NCBI GenBank assembly: GCA_021818955.1
Contig: JAKASR010000010.1
Coordinates: 27,147-91,146 of the forward strand
Direction of reading: 5' to 3'
Origin: Acidobacteriota bacterium
GTDB taxonomy: Bacteria; Acidobacteriota; Terriglobia; Terriglobales; SCQP01
DNA: 64,000 nucleotides
Shown: in pieces, positions 34,706 through 44,112 of the stretch
Layout of the letters: each line of letters opens with the position of its first letter
Numbering within the stretch: position 1 is the stretch's first letter
Translations under genes and position numbers: made by a program
The notes under the pieces: model-generated
What the model saw: the letters and a program-made list of their open reading frames with translations, nothing else
Told to the model about the DNA's origin: nothing
Databases searched by the model: none

Positions 34706-35893
34706 TTAGGCCGCCTGCGCCCAGGGGTCCATGACCACCTTGATGCAGCCGTCGCGCTTTTCGGCAAAGGTGCGGTACATCTCCGGAGCGCGCTCCAGCG
34801 CCGCCCGGTGGGTGATCACGAAGGTGGGGTCGATTTCACTCTTTTCGATCCGTTCCAGCAGTGGACGCATGTAGCGATGCACATGCGTCTGCCCCATTTT
34901 GAGGGTTAATCCTTTGGCGAAGGCCGCGCCCAAGGGGGCTTGGTCAATTCCACCGCCATACACGCCGGGTATCGATACCGTTCCGCCCTTGCGGCAGGCC
35001 TGAATCGCCTGCCGCAGCGCCACCGGGCGATCGCTTTCCAGCTTCAGCATCTGCTTGGCATTGTCGTAATAGAACTCGAAGCCGTGGCTGTGCGCTTCCA
35101 TCCCCACCGCGTCAATGCAGCGGTCGGGACCGCGCCCGCCGGTAAGGATTTTCAGCTCCTCGACAAGATCGCCGGTTTCGGCGTAATTGAGCGTGATCGA
35201 GCCCGCCTGCTCGCGCGCCTTTTCCAGCCGTTCGGGAATGCGATCAATGCCGATCACCTGGCCGGCGCCCAGCAGCCCGGCGCTTTGTTGCGCAAACAGG
35301 CCAACCGGCCCGCATCCCCAGACCGCGACGGTATCGCCGGGCTGGATATCGCACTGCTCCGCCGCCATGTAGCCGGTAGGTAAGATATCGGAAAGAAACA
35401 GCGCGCGCTCTTCGTCCATGCCCTCCGGTATTTTCAACGGCCCGATGTCGGCGAAGGGCACGCGCGCGTACTGCGCCTGCCCGCCGGCATAGCCGCCATA
35501 TAAATGCGAATAGCCGAACAAGCCGCCGCCGGATTGTCCGTAAACGGTTTCAAGCCGGGTCGCATGGGGGTTGCTGTTATCGCAGAGCGACCAGAGCTGC
35601 CAACGGCAAAAAAAACATTGCCCGCAGGCGATGGCGAAGGGCACGACCACGCGGTCGCCCGTCTGCAATTGTTTTACTTCCGGGCCGGTTTCGACCACCT
35701 CGCCCGCGAACTCATGCCCGACGATATCGCCCGCCTTCATGCCGGGAATGTGGCCGTTGTACATGTGCAGATCGGAACCGCAAATGGCGGTGCGCGTGAT
35801 CCGCACAATGGCGTCGCGCGGGTTTAAAATCGCCGGGTCCGGCACCGTCTCCACGCGAATATCCTGTTTTCCGTTCCAGCAAGCTGCCTTCAT
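34706..35893 (-). CDS. zinc-dependent alcohol/formaldehyde dehydrogenase family (MDR) oxidoreductase
   Basis: 395 aa. Catalytic zinc motif [11 protein letters not shown]...[10 protein letters not shown], structural zinc Cys cluster ([16 protein letters not shown]), and a Rossmann motif [10 protein letters not shown]. Confidence 0.88.
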   Translation of the reverse strand: MKAACWNGKQDIRVETVPDPAILNPRDAIVRITRTAICGSDLHMYNGHIPGMKAGDIVGHEFAGEVVETGPEVKQLQTGDRVVVPFAIACGQCFFCRWQLWSLCDNSNPHATRLETVYGQSGGGLFGYSHLYGGYAGGQAQYARVPFADIGPLKIPEGMDEERALFLSDILPTGYMAAEQCDIQPGDTVAVWGCGPVGLFAQQSAGLLGAGQVIGIDRIPERLEKAREQAGSITLNYAETGDLVEELKILTGGRGPDRCIDAVGMEAHSHGFEFYYDNAKQMLKLESDRPVALRQAIQACRKGGTVSIPGVYGGGIDQAPLGAAFAKGLTLKMGQTHVHRYMRPLLERIEKSEIDPTFVITHRAALERAPEMYRTFAEKRDGCIKVVMDPWAQAA

Positions 35894-35999
35894 AACGCCG
35901 CCTCGCTTGTTAGGATTTAAGTTCGACGCTGCTCAGCCATGGCGCCGTTTGGCCCCGGCAGGGTTGCGTCTTCTGAAAATCATGCACCGTTCCGCGGGC

Positions 36000-36731
36000 T
36001 TAGACCGCCGCTTCGAGTTGCCGATCTTTTTCCTTCCGGGGAAGCACGCGCGTCATCACCCGCATCGGCTTCGAACGGCTCCCGCGGGGCTGGCCCTCCG
36101 TGGTGGCAACCTCGCCCGCCTCCAGCAGTTGCTTGGAGCGCATCAGCAGGGTGCGAAGCCGCGGTTCCGGATCATGTCCCAGCGCATTACGGAAGAGTTC
36201 GCCCAGGCCGCCACCGCGGGGCTGCGCCACCACATCCAACTGCACTTCGGTTCCCCGCCCCGCCGGCGCCGGGCGAAACCGCGCCGCGCCCCGCGCCCGC
36301 ACCGGCGCATCCGGCCGGGTTTGCCAGCGCAAAAGCTCGTTGGGGCGCTCTTCGACCAATTCCAGCTTGCGCGTGGATAGGGTTTCTCCGTTGACGCGCT
36401 GCGCCGCAACCCGCTGAAACACTTCCGGATGACTATCCAGCCGCCGCCAGAATTCGTAAACCGTTTCAACCGGCTGCAGGATAGTCGCGGCGATGCGTAT
36501 GCGGCGCGGCTCGGGCGTTACCGGCGCGAGAATTCCGGTAAGCGGCCGGCGCGAGCAAGCGCCGCGATAAAGCAAAATTCCACCCGCTCCCGCCAAGGCC
36601 GCGCTCCCGGCCGATCGCCGCACGATGCCCCAGGCCAGCAATGCCGCGCCCGAGCCCAGCGCCGTCCAGGTTTCCCAATTTTTATCCTTCATCCAGTCTT
36701 GCCATGCTGCCTGCTTTTGCGCCATTTTCAA
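36000..36731 (-). CDS. membrane-anchored SRPBCC (cyclase/dehydrase-like) family protein
   Basis: 243 aa. N-terminal Gly/Ala-rich TM pair (DUF2892-like: TALGSGAALLAWGIVRRSAGSAALAGAGGILLY), then a START/SRPBCC-like domain (IRIAATILQPVETVYEFWRRLDSHPEVF...). Located 106 nt upstream of the ADH gene. Confidence 0.6.
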   Translation of the reverse strand: MKMAQKQAAWQDWMKDKNWETWTALGSGAALLAWGIVRRSAGSAALAGAGGILLYRGACSRRPLTGILAPVTPEPRRIRIAATILQPVETVYEFWRRLDSHPEVFQRVAAQRVNGETLSTRKLELVEERPNELLRWQTRPDAPVRARGAARFRPAPAGRGTEVQLDVVAQPRGGGLGELFRNALGHDPEPRLRTLLMRSKQLLEAGEVATTEGQPRGSRSKPMRVMTRVLPRKEKDRQLEAAV

Positions 36732-37092
36732 CTCCCGAATTCAAGCGCCCTCCAATGACGATGCGCCGTCGTACTCCGGCTCGGCCCGCTTGACTTGTTT
36801 TGCCGGGCCGCCGCGCGCTCGAAGGCCAGCTTTTTCCATATAGCTGCGCCCGCGGCGGATAAGCCCGCGGCCGGCAACGCCGGACGCGAATTCATTTTGC
36901 CTCGCTGATCTTTGTAGCGGATGTATGGCGCGCCGTTTTCGATGCCCGGCCGCGGCCGCCGTGATCATTAAAAAGATTTAACGCTCCGCGTACCCAACTA
37001 TTCCAGGCTCGGCTATTTGCCGGCCCCGCCGCTCGGCTCGGCCGCGAATGCTTTAAGAATTTACTTCTCGTCGTATGCGAAGCGGCAAAAAC

Positions 37093-38181
37093 CTATTGCG
37101 GCACATTGTGCAACGGCAGCTTCGCCAGCTCTTGCAACGCCAGCCGTTCCTGCGTGATTTTGCCTTCGCGGCGATAGACTTGCGCAAGCTGATAATAGGC
37201 CGGCCGGTAGCGCGGATTGAGCCGCAATGCCGCCGTCAGCTCGCGCTCGGCTGGCGGCAATCGGTTGAGCATCAAATCGATGTGGCCCAAATGGGCGAGC
37301 GCGCGGAAGGAAGCCGGCTTGATTCGGAGCGCGGCGCGCAGTTGCCGCCCGGCCTGGCGCGGATGTCCGGTGCGTTCGAGCAAAATGCCATAACCAATAT
37401 AAGGCTGGGCATTGCGCGCCTGGAGGCCCGGCTCGAGCGCGATCGCTTTTAGGAAAATCGCCGCCGCCCGCCGGAAATGGCTCTGCGCCTCCAGTGTGAG
37501 CCCCAGCAGCGTCAGCACATTGAGATTGCGGGGCTCGGCGCGCGCCAGCCGTTGCAGCCGCCGACTTGCCGGCGTGAATTGGTTGGCGATGTATTGCATC
37601 CAGGCCAGGTAATATTGCGCCTGTAAATTTTGCGGCTCGAGCCGCACCGCGCGCGCCAGCTCGCGTCGAGCGTGCTTCCAGTCGCGCAAGGCGATATAGT
37701 CGAGGCCCATGATTTTATAATCGTCGCCCAGCGGCGGCTGAATCGACGCCGCGCGCGCATAGGCCGCCAGCGAGCGGTGTGGATGATGCCGCCGGAAGTC
37801 GACGAAACCCAGGAGCGAGAGCGCATCGTCCGATCGCGGCTTGCGGGCCAGAAAAGTTTCCAGATCGTTTTGGGCCATAGCCAGCTGGCCCAGGTTGATG
37901 CGGCATTTCGCCAGCCAGAGCAGCGCTCCGGTCTTGCCGGGATGGGCGAGTTCGACGGCGCGAAAGGCAGCGGCCGCGCGGCGGAAGTGAAATTGCCGGA
38001 ATTCGGCGATGCCCGCGGCTAATCGCGGGGAGACGACAACCGGGCGGGACGGTTGCCGCGCCTGCCGTGGCGCGGCCGCCGGCGCGCCACAGATCAGGAA
38101 CAAAACCCAGCCCCAACCACCCAGCCTAAATGCGCGGGCGATACGCCCTCGCTTGCCCCGGCATTTGGCTAATGCTTTCAT
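37093..38181 (-). CDS. tetratricopeptide (TPR) repeat protein, secreted or periplasmic
   Basis: ORF 37093..38307; preferred ATG at 38181 (MKALAKCRGK...WVLFLICGAPAAA, signal-like), sharing 1 nt with the upstream stop (TAATG). Multiple 34-aa TPR-like units are visible (e.g. AQYYLAWMQYIANQFTPASRRLQRLARAEPRN). Confidence 0.75.
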   Translation of the reverse strand: MKALAKCRGKRGRIARAFRLGGWGWVLFLICGAPAAAPRQARQPSRPVVVSPRLAAGIAEFRQFHFRRAAAAFRAVELAHPGKTGALLWLAKCRINLGQLAMAQNDLETFLARKPRSDDALSLLGFVDFRRHHPHRSLAAYARAASIQPPLGDDYKIMGLDYIALRDWKHARRELARAVRLEPQNLQAQYYLAWMQYIANQFTPASRRLQRLARAEPRNLNVLTLLGLTLEAQSHFRRAAAIFLKAIALEPGLQARNAQPYIGYGILLERTGHPRQAGRQLRAALRIKPASFRALAHLGHIDLMLNRLPPAERELTAALRLNPRYRPAYYQLAQVYRREGKITQERLALQELAKLPLHNVPQ

Positions 38182-39920
38182 TAAGCATCCCCATCCGATT
38201 GAGCCGGCGCGGCCGTCTGGCTCGCGGCGGCGCCTTCCGGTTCGATGAGATCCAGTTGGCGGTCGGCGCGCAGATTGGCCAGCCGCTGTTTGACCCCGCT
38301 CGGCCATTCGATTTCCAGCTCCCGCGCCAATGCCTGACGGCCCAACCCGAAGTGCAGGCGCGGATCGCTGGAAGATTGATAGCTGCCGCCGGTGGTCACC
38401 TCGGCATACTGCGGGCCATCCGCGGTGGTGAGTTTCACCCGCGCCCCGATCGCTTCGCGGTTGGAGCGCCGGCCCTCCAGCCGCAGGCGCAGCCAGTGAT
38501 GCCGGGTTGGGGTGCGATTCATCAGCAGGTGCGCCGGACCGTTATTGGTAGTGACCACCGCGTCGAGGCGGCCATCGTTGTCGATATCGCCGATCGCCAG
38601 TCCCCTGCCCGCCCAGCGCTGGCGAAAACCGGCCCGGGCGGAAACGTCGGCAAACCGCCCCTGGCCGAGATTGCGCGCCAGCAGCATCGTTTGCCGGTAG
38701 TGCAGGTCGGGATGGATCAGGTGAATGGTGTCGAGCACGTCGGCCTGGGTTACCAGCAGGTCTTTCCGGCCATCATTGTCGTAATCCATCCAGCGCAAGC
38801 CCCAGCCGGCATGGCGGGCCGAGATTGCGCCTAATCCGCTGGAATAGGTCTGATAGCTGAAGCCCGCGGCGCCATCGTTGTGATAGAGGGGATACATCTG
38901 ATGGCCGAGGTCGCCAATCACGATGTCCGGCCGGCCGTCGTTATCATAATCGGCAAAATCAACGCCCATGCCGGCGAAGGTGCGGCCGTCGCCATCGAGG
39001 GCGCAGCCGCTCAGCAAGGCGACTTCTTCGAAGGTCCCATTTTTACGATTGTGAAACAAAAACTCCGGCCAGGTATCGTTGGTAATGTACACATCCGGCC
39101 AGCCGTCCAGATCGTAATCGGCAATCGCGACTCCCAGGCTTTTGCCCTTCTTGGTGAGGCCCGCCTCCGCCGCCACTTCCCGAAAACGCCCGCCGCCTTC
39201 ATTGTGATAGAGCAGCAGCGAGGCCGGCGGAAAAAGATTGGGATGGCAGTAGGAACGATGGCCGGGCTTGTCCGGCCCGCAGCGCGGATGCTGGAAATCC
39301 CATTCCATGTAGCGGCAGACGATCAGGTCGAGCCGTCCATCGCGATCGTAATCGAACCAGGCCGCCGAGGTGCACCAGCCGCCGCCGGCTACCCCGGCCG
39401 CGGCGGTGACGTCGGTGAAATGGCCATGGCCGTCGTTGTGATACAGATGGTTGCCGCCGTATCCGCAGACGTAGAGGTCGGGGTAGCCGTCGTTATCGAA
39501 ATCGCCCGCCGCGACTCCGGTGGAATAGCCTGCGCCGGCCAGCCCGGCGGCTTCGGTAACGTCTTCGAAATGCCCGCGCGCATCCTGGTGATATAGCCGG
39601 TTCCACCAGGCCGGACCGAGTTTGCGCGGCAGCGTTCCCGGCGGCTGCGGCTGGAGAATATGCGCGCCATTGGCCAGGAAAATGTCCAGCCGCCCGTCGC
39701 GGTCGTAATCGAATAAGGCCACGCCCGAGCCCATGGTCGAAATCAGGTACTTCAGCGGATTCGGCGAGGCGCGATGGCGAAAGGTTATGCCGGCGGCTGC
39801 GGTGCGTTCCTCAAACCATGCCGGGGCGGGCGGTTCCGCGCCCGCGGGCGCGCTCGCCAGCACTGAAGCGGTCGCCGCCGCTCCCGCCCAGCGTAAAAAT
39901 TCCCGCCGCTTCATCGGCAT
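38181..39920 (-). CDS. CRTAC1/ASPIC-UnbV family protein with FG-GAP/VCBS repeats
   Basis: 579 aa. Tat-like signal (KRREFLRWAGAAATASVLA). Repeated DYD(R/N)DGRxD calcium-binding-like motifs. C-terminal UnbV_ASPIC signature GGSYQSSSDPRLHFGLG. Confidence 0.85.
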   Translation of the reverse strand: MPMKRREFLRWAGAAATASVLASAPAGAEPPAPAWFEERTAAAGITFRHRASPNPLKYLISTMGSGVALFDYDRDGRLDIFLANGAHILQPQPPGTLPRKLGPAWWNRLYHQDARGHFEDVTEAAGLAGAGYSTGVAAGDFDNDGYPDLYVCGYGGNHLYHNDGHGHFTDVTAAAGVAGGGWCTSAAWFDYDRDGRLDLIVCRYMEWDFQHPRCGPDKPGHRSYCHPNLFPPASLLLYHNEGGGRFREVAAEAGLTKKGKSLGVAIADYDLDGWPDVYITNDTWPEFLFHNRKNGTFEEVALLSGCALDGDGRTFAGMGVDFADYDNDGRPDIVIGDLGHQMYPLYHNDGAAGFSYQTYSSGLGAISARHAGWGLRWMDYDNDGRKDLLVTQADVLDTIHLIHPDLHYRQTMLLARNLGQGRFADVSARAGFRQRWAGRGLAIGDIDNDGRLDAVVTTNNGPAHLLMNRTPTRHHWLRLRLEGRRSNREAIGARVKLTTADGPQYAEVTTGGSYQSSSDPRLHFGLGRQALARELEIEWPSGVKQRLANLRADRQLDLIEPEGAAASQTAAPAQSDGDA

Positions 39921-40075
39921 AGTTTAAGGGAAAACGCTTGCAACCGGATTTTTGTCAAATTGCCGCCATTGCCTGCGGCAGCCTTGTAATGGATTAATTT
40001 TCATCGCTTTACGGCCGCCGGCAAACTGTTTTTGCCGCCCGCCCCGCCTGACGCCAGCCTTGCGAGGCGTTCGGT

Positions 40076-42196
40076 TTAGACCGCAATTTGCGACAGATCG
40101 GCAATGCCGGCCAGGCCGGTGGTCGCCCAGGCCAGGAACCGCAGGCGGTTTTCGCGCAGTTCGGTGTCGGGATCGTTGACCCGCACCTTCTGAAAATAAT
40201 TTTCCAACGGTTCGGCCAAGGCGGCGATTCCATCCAGGGCCTCGGCATAGGCTTCGCGGTCCTGCGCCAGCTCGATGCCTTCCACCAGCGGCTCGATCGC
40301 CTGTTGCAGTTGAACTTCTTCTTCAAGATTGAAAAATTTCGGGTTCCATTCCGGCCGCAGCCATTGCGCCAGCCCGCCGGCCTGCTCGACGATATTGCGC
40401 ATCCGCTTGAGCGCCTCGGCCGTGCGCGCGAATTTTTCCGGATACCGCTCCCGCGTCTCGTGCACGGCCCGCAGCTTTTGCCAATTGTGCCAGGGCGCGC
40501 CGGCATGGTGGGCATTGGGGTTATCGAGCACCGCCCGCACTTCTTCGCCGGGGTAGCCTTTGACCTCCTGAAAAATAAACCCCTGCCGTTCGCGCAGAAA
40601 ATCCAGCACGGCTTCATTTTTCGGGCGTTTCCAGGCCATGTAACCGGCCTCGGCATAGAGCTGGGCGGAAACCTGAATCATCGCGTTGAGATCGAGCGGC
40701 AGCTCATGTTCGATCAGGATGCGCGCGATGCCGTTGGCCTGGCGCCGCAGGGCATAGGGGTCGCGCGAGCCGGAGGGAATTTCGCCCAGCCCGAACATGC
40801 CGACGATGGTATCGAGTTTGTCGGCCAGCGCGACCATCGATCCCGCCGGGGTGCTGGGAATTTCGCCTTCGCTCGACAACGGCAGGTAATGTTCGTAAAT
40901 CGCGTCCGCCACGGTAGCCGGCAAGCCTTCGGCGCGCGCCAGCAGGCCGCCGATCTGGCCCTGCAATTCGGTAAATTCCTTCACCAGGTCGGTGCCGAGA
41001 TCGCATTTGGCCAGCATCGCGGCCTGCGACACCTGTTCGAAGTATTCGCCTGCATGCGATAACTGCGGCACGATCGCCTGCACCAGCGCCCGCATTCTCC
41101 ATGCTTTTTCCTGATAATTGCCTAGCTTTGCATGGAAGCTGATATGCCTTAAATCCTCAAGCCTTGCTTCAAGTGATTTCACGCGGTCGTGCCGCCAGAA
41201 AAAGCGGGCGTCGTTGAAGCGCGCCCGCAGCACCCGCTCGTTGCCGTGCCGGATCAGGCCTTCGCGGTCGCGGTCCTGGTTGGCGACGGCGAGAAAGGCC
41301 GGCGCGAGCTTGCCATGCGCCTCCTCCAGGGCGAAATAATGCTGGTGCCCGCGCATCACGGTAATCAACACTTCGGCGGGCAGGTCGAGAAAGCCGGCGT
41401 CGAACTCGCCGCGCACCACGGTGGGAAATTCGGTCAGGTTGACGAGCAGATCGAGCAGCGCGGCATCCGGACGCGGCTGGGCGCCGTTGGCCGAAGCCGC
41501 CAGGCCGGCTTCGATGCGCCGCCGGCGGGCATCGGGCTCGGCCAGCACGAAATTCTCTTTCAAGGCCGCTAAATAATGTTCCCAGCCCGCCGTTGGAAGG
41601 CTGATCGCCGGCTTTCCCAAAGTGCGATGGCCGCGGGTTTCGCGCCCGGCCTCGACCGCCCCCAGCCGCAGCGGCACCACCGCATCGCCGAGCAGCGCCA
41701 CCATCCAGCGCAAGGGACGGATAAATTCCAGCCCGCTTTCATCCCAGCGCATGGCGCGCGGCGCAGCTACCGCCTTCCAGGCGCGCATGATGCAATCGGG
41801 CAGCAGCTCCGCCGCGGCTTGGCCGGCGATGGCGTGTTTCAGCGCGACGTATTCGCCTTTGGGTTGCCGCACGCGATACAACTTTTCCGGCGTCAGGCCA
41901 AAGCGCGCCGCAAATTGTTCGGCGGCGCGGGTGGGCTTGCCGGCGGCATCGTAGGCCGCTTTGGCCGGCGGGCCCACCACTTCCTCTTCCCGGTCGTTCT
42001 GCCGCTCGAGCAGTGCATCGACGTGGCAGGCCAGGCGGCGGGGCGTCCAGACGCTCGACCGGCGCGCCGCATCGCTCCACAGCATCGCGCCTCGGAGTTC
42101 GGTTTCCAAGCCGGATGCCAGCCGGCCGGCCAGCGCATTCAGCATCGCGGCGGGAATTTCCTCGCAACCAAATTCCAGCAAAAGGGGCAGCGGCAT
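40076..42196 (-). CDS. glyS: glycine--tRNA ligase beta subunit
   Basis: 706 aa. N-terminus MPLPLLLEFGCEEIPA is typical of GlyS. Sits directly downstream of glyQ. Confidence 0.93.
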   Translation of the reverse strand: MPLPLLLEFGCEEIPAAMLNALAGRLASGLETELRGAMLWSDAARRSSVWTPRRLACHVDALLERQNDREEEVVGPPAKAAYDAAGKPTRAAEQFAARFGLTPEKLYRVRQPKGEYVALKHAIAGQAAAELLPDCIMRAWKAVAAPRAMRWDESGLEFIRPLRWMVALLGDAVVPLRLGAVEAGRETRGHRTLGKPAISLPTAGWEHYLAALKENFVLAEPDARRRRIEAGLAASANGAQPRPDAALLDLLVNLTEFPTVVRGEFDAGFLDLPAEVLITVMRGHQHYFALEEAHGKLAPAFLAVANQDRDREGLIRHGNERVLRARFNDARFFWRHDRVKSLEARLEDLRHISFHAKLGNYQEKAWRMRALVQAIVPQLSHAGEYFEQVSQAAMLAKCDLGTDLVKEFTELQGQIGGLLARAEGLPATVADAIYEHYLPLSSEGEIPSTPAGSMVALADKLDTIVGMFGLGEIPSGSRDPYALRRQANGIARILIEHELPLDLNAMIQVSAQLYAEAGYMAWKRPKNEAVLDFLRERQGFIFQEVKGYPGEEVRAVLDNPNAHHAGAPWHNWQKLRAVHETRERYPEKFARTAEALKRMRNIVEQAGGLAQWLRPEWNPKFFNLEEEVQLQQAIEPLVEGIELAQDREAYAEALDGIAALAEPLENYFQKVRVNDPDTELRENRLRFLAWATTGLAGIADLSQIAV

Positions 42197-42211
42197 GTCG
42201 GGTTTGAATTT

Positions 42212-43195
42212 TTATGGATGGAGCCGCAGCCAGAGGGTCGCGGTTTCGACCGCCAGCTTGCGCACTCGCTGGATGATGCCGACGCGCTCGGTGACCGAAA
42301 TGGCGCCGCGGGCGTCGAGCAGGTTGAATAAATGCGAGCATTTCAGGCAAAGCTCGTAAGCGCCGAGTAGCGGCAGGCGCGGCGCCGCCCGGCCGGCGGC
42401 CGCCGCGCCTTCGGCCGCGGCGCCGGCTTCCGGCTCCGGCAGGGCGCGGCGCGCCTCGGCCAGCAGCTTTTGCGCCTCGGCTTCGTTGAGCTTGAAATGT
42501 TGCCAGAGGTTTTCGACGTCGGCGGCTTCGAAGTTATAGACCGACATCTGCACTTCATCGTCGCGGCGGACATCGCCGTAGCTCCAGCGCCGGTTCCAGC
42601 GCACGTCATAGACCGAATCCACGTCCTGTAAAAAGGCGGCGATCCGCTCCATGCCATAGGTGATTTCGACCGAAACCGGGTCGAGCGTCTGGCCGCCGCA
42701 CTGCTGGAAATAAGTGAACTGGGTGATCTCCAGGCCATCGAGCATGACCTGCCAGCCCAGTCCCCAGGCGCCGAGTGTGGGTGATTCCCAGTTGTCTTCC
42801 TCGAACTTAATATCGTGCTCTTCCAGGCGTATGCCGATCTCGCGCAGGCTGTCGAGATAGAGCTGCTGAATGTTTTCCGGCGGCGGCTTCAAAATCACCT
42901 GCAACTGGATGTGCTTATACAGCCGGTTGGGGTTCTCGCCGTAGCGTCCATCCGCCGGGCGCCGGCTGGGCTGCAAGTAGGCCACCCGATAGGGAGCGCG
43001 GCCCAGGACGCGCAGGAAGGTTTCCGGCGACATGGTGCCGGCCCCGACTTCCAGGTCATATGGCAGTTGCAAAATGCAATCCTGCTTCGCCCAATAGCCT
43101 TGCAAGTGACGGCAAAGATCCTGAAAGTCCAAGCCCGCAAGCGGAGCGGCGCCGGGGACGGTGGACGATGCGGCGGTAAAGGTGGGAGTGGACAT
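42212..43195 (-). CDS. glyQ: glycine--tRNA ligase alpha subunit
   Basis: ORF 42212..43588; preferred ATG at 43195 ([11 protein letters not shown]...[39 protein letters not shown]). C-terminal [15 protein letters not shown] motif. Contains an Ala-rich segment of about 23 aa just before that motif. Confidence 0.92.
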   Translation of the reverse strand: MSTPTFTAASSTVPGAAPLAGLDFQDLCRHLQGYWAKQDCILQLPYDLEVGAGTMSPETFLRVLGRAPYRVAYLQPSRRPADGRYGENPNRLYKHIQLQVILKPPPENIQQLYLDSLREIGIRLEEHDIKFEEDNWESPTLGAWGLGWQVMLDGLEITQFTYFQQCGGQTLDPVSVEITYGMERIAAFLQDVDSVYDVRWNRRWSYGDVRRDDEVQMSVYNFEAADVENLWQHFKLNEAEAQKLLAEARRALPEPEAGAAAEGAAAAGRAAPRLPLLGAYELCLKCSHLFNLLDARGAISVTERVGIIQRVRKLAVETATLWLRLHP

Positions 43196-43218
43196 GGAAA
43201 GAATGATTTTACGCGGAA

Positions 43219-43998
43219 TTAAATCGCGGCTTCCGGGGTCAAGCCGGCCAGCAGCGGCCAACTGCGCAAAGAGGCTTCCAGATGATCTTCCAGCGCGCAA
43301 CGGAAAAAGTCGCGCAGGTCGGCGGTAGGCTCGGGCGCGGTCCAGGGCTCGGGCGCGAGCGCGGCCAGCGGGCTGGAAAAACCGGCAGCGGCCAGCTGCC
43401 GTGGCGCCGGGCGCAGCCGGGCCGAGCGCAGCGGACGGCAGGCGGCGCAATATAACCCGGCCTGCCCGCGCGTGTAGAAGGCTTCGGCATCGTCGAGCGC
43501 GCGGCGGCAACCGGCGCAATGCAGCAGATCGGGCAGAAACCCGCCCAACCGCACCATCCAGTAAAGGAAATAAGTCAGCGGCAGCCACACCGGCGCGCCC
43601 GCCCGCAAGGCTTCCAGCACCACCCGCAGCAGCCGGTAGGCGGCATCATTGGCTTCGTGCTCGGGCAGCACGCGGTCGGAGACTTCGGCAATGCAGCCCA
43701 GCGCCAGCAGGCGCTCGAAATCCGCCGCGCTGGCATTTGCGGCCAGCAGCGATTGCCGCAACTCGCAACGATCAATGGTGGCCAGCTCGCGCTGGGGGCG
43801 CTCAAAATAGGTAATGTTGACTTCGCTCAGCGGCTCCAGCGAGCTGCCAAAGCGGCTGCGCGTATTGCGCGCGCCGCGGGAGACGCCCCGCCGCTTGCCG
43901 AACTCGCGCGTGAAAAACACCACGATACGATCCGATTCCTTGAGGGGATAGGTGCGCAGGATTATGGCGTCGGCTTGATGGAGCGGCATGCGAGTCAA
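43219..43998 (-). CDS. recO: DNA repair protein RecO
   Basis: 259 aa. OB-fold N-terminus ([35 protein letters not shown]). Zn-finger-like CAGC...CAAC. Confidence 0.88.
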   Translation of the reverse strand: MTRMPLHQADAIILRTYPLKESDRIVVFFTREFGKRRGVSRGARNTRSRFGSSLEPLSEVNITYFERPQRELATIDRCELRQSLLAANASAADFERLLALGCIAEVSDRVLPEHEANDAAYRLLRVVLEALRAGAPVWLPLTYFLYWMVRLGGFLPDLLHCAGCRRALDDAEAFYTRGQAGLYCAACRPLRSARLRPAPRQLAAAGFSSPLAALAPEPWTAPEPTADLRDFFRCALEDHLEASLRSWPLLAGLTPEAAI

Positions 43999-44112
43999 TC
44001 CCTATTCCGGAATTCGGATTCCTGAGGTCGAATTTCGGATACCGGCAAGCGCGGGCGAAACGCCCGCGCTCCCGGGCTAGTCCGGCGCGGATCGCCGCGA
44101 TCCGCGCCGCCG

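Noticed and set aside
43196-43588. N-terminal extensions of track ORFs. Examples: glyQ from 43588, nuoG from 24158, pilO from 1162, the hybrid kinase from 11157, the MFP from 20172, the TPR gene from 38307, kdsC from 62550, hrcA from 61479.
   Set aside because: The extensions are Arg/Pro/Ala-rich, overlap upstream genes or promoters, and precede internal ATGs that restore the conserved N-termini. These internal ATGs often have an SD or stop-start coupling, so I preferred them.
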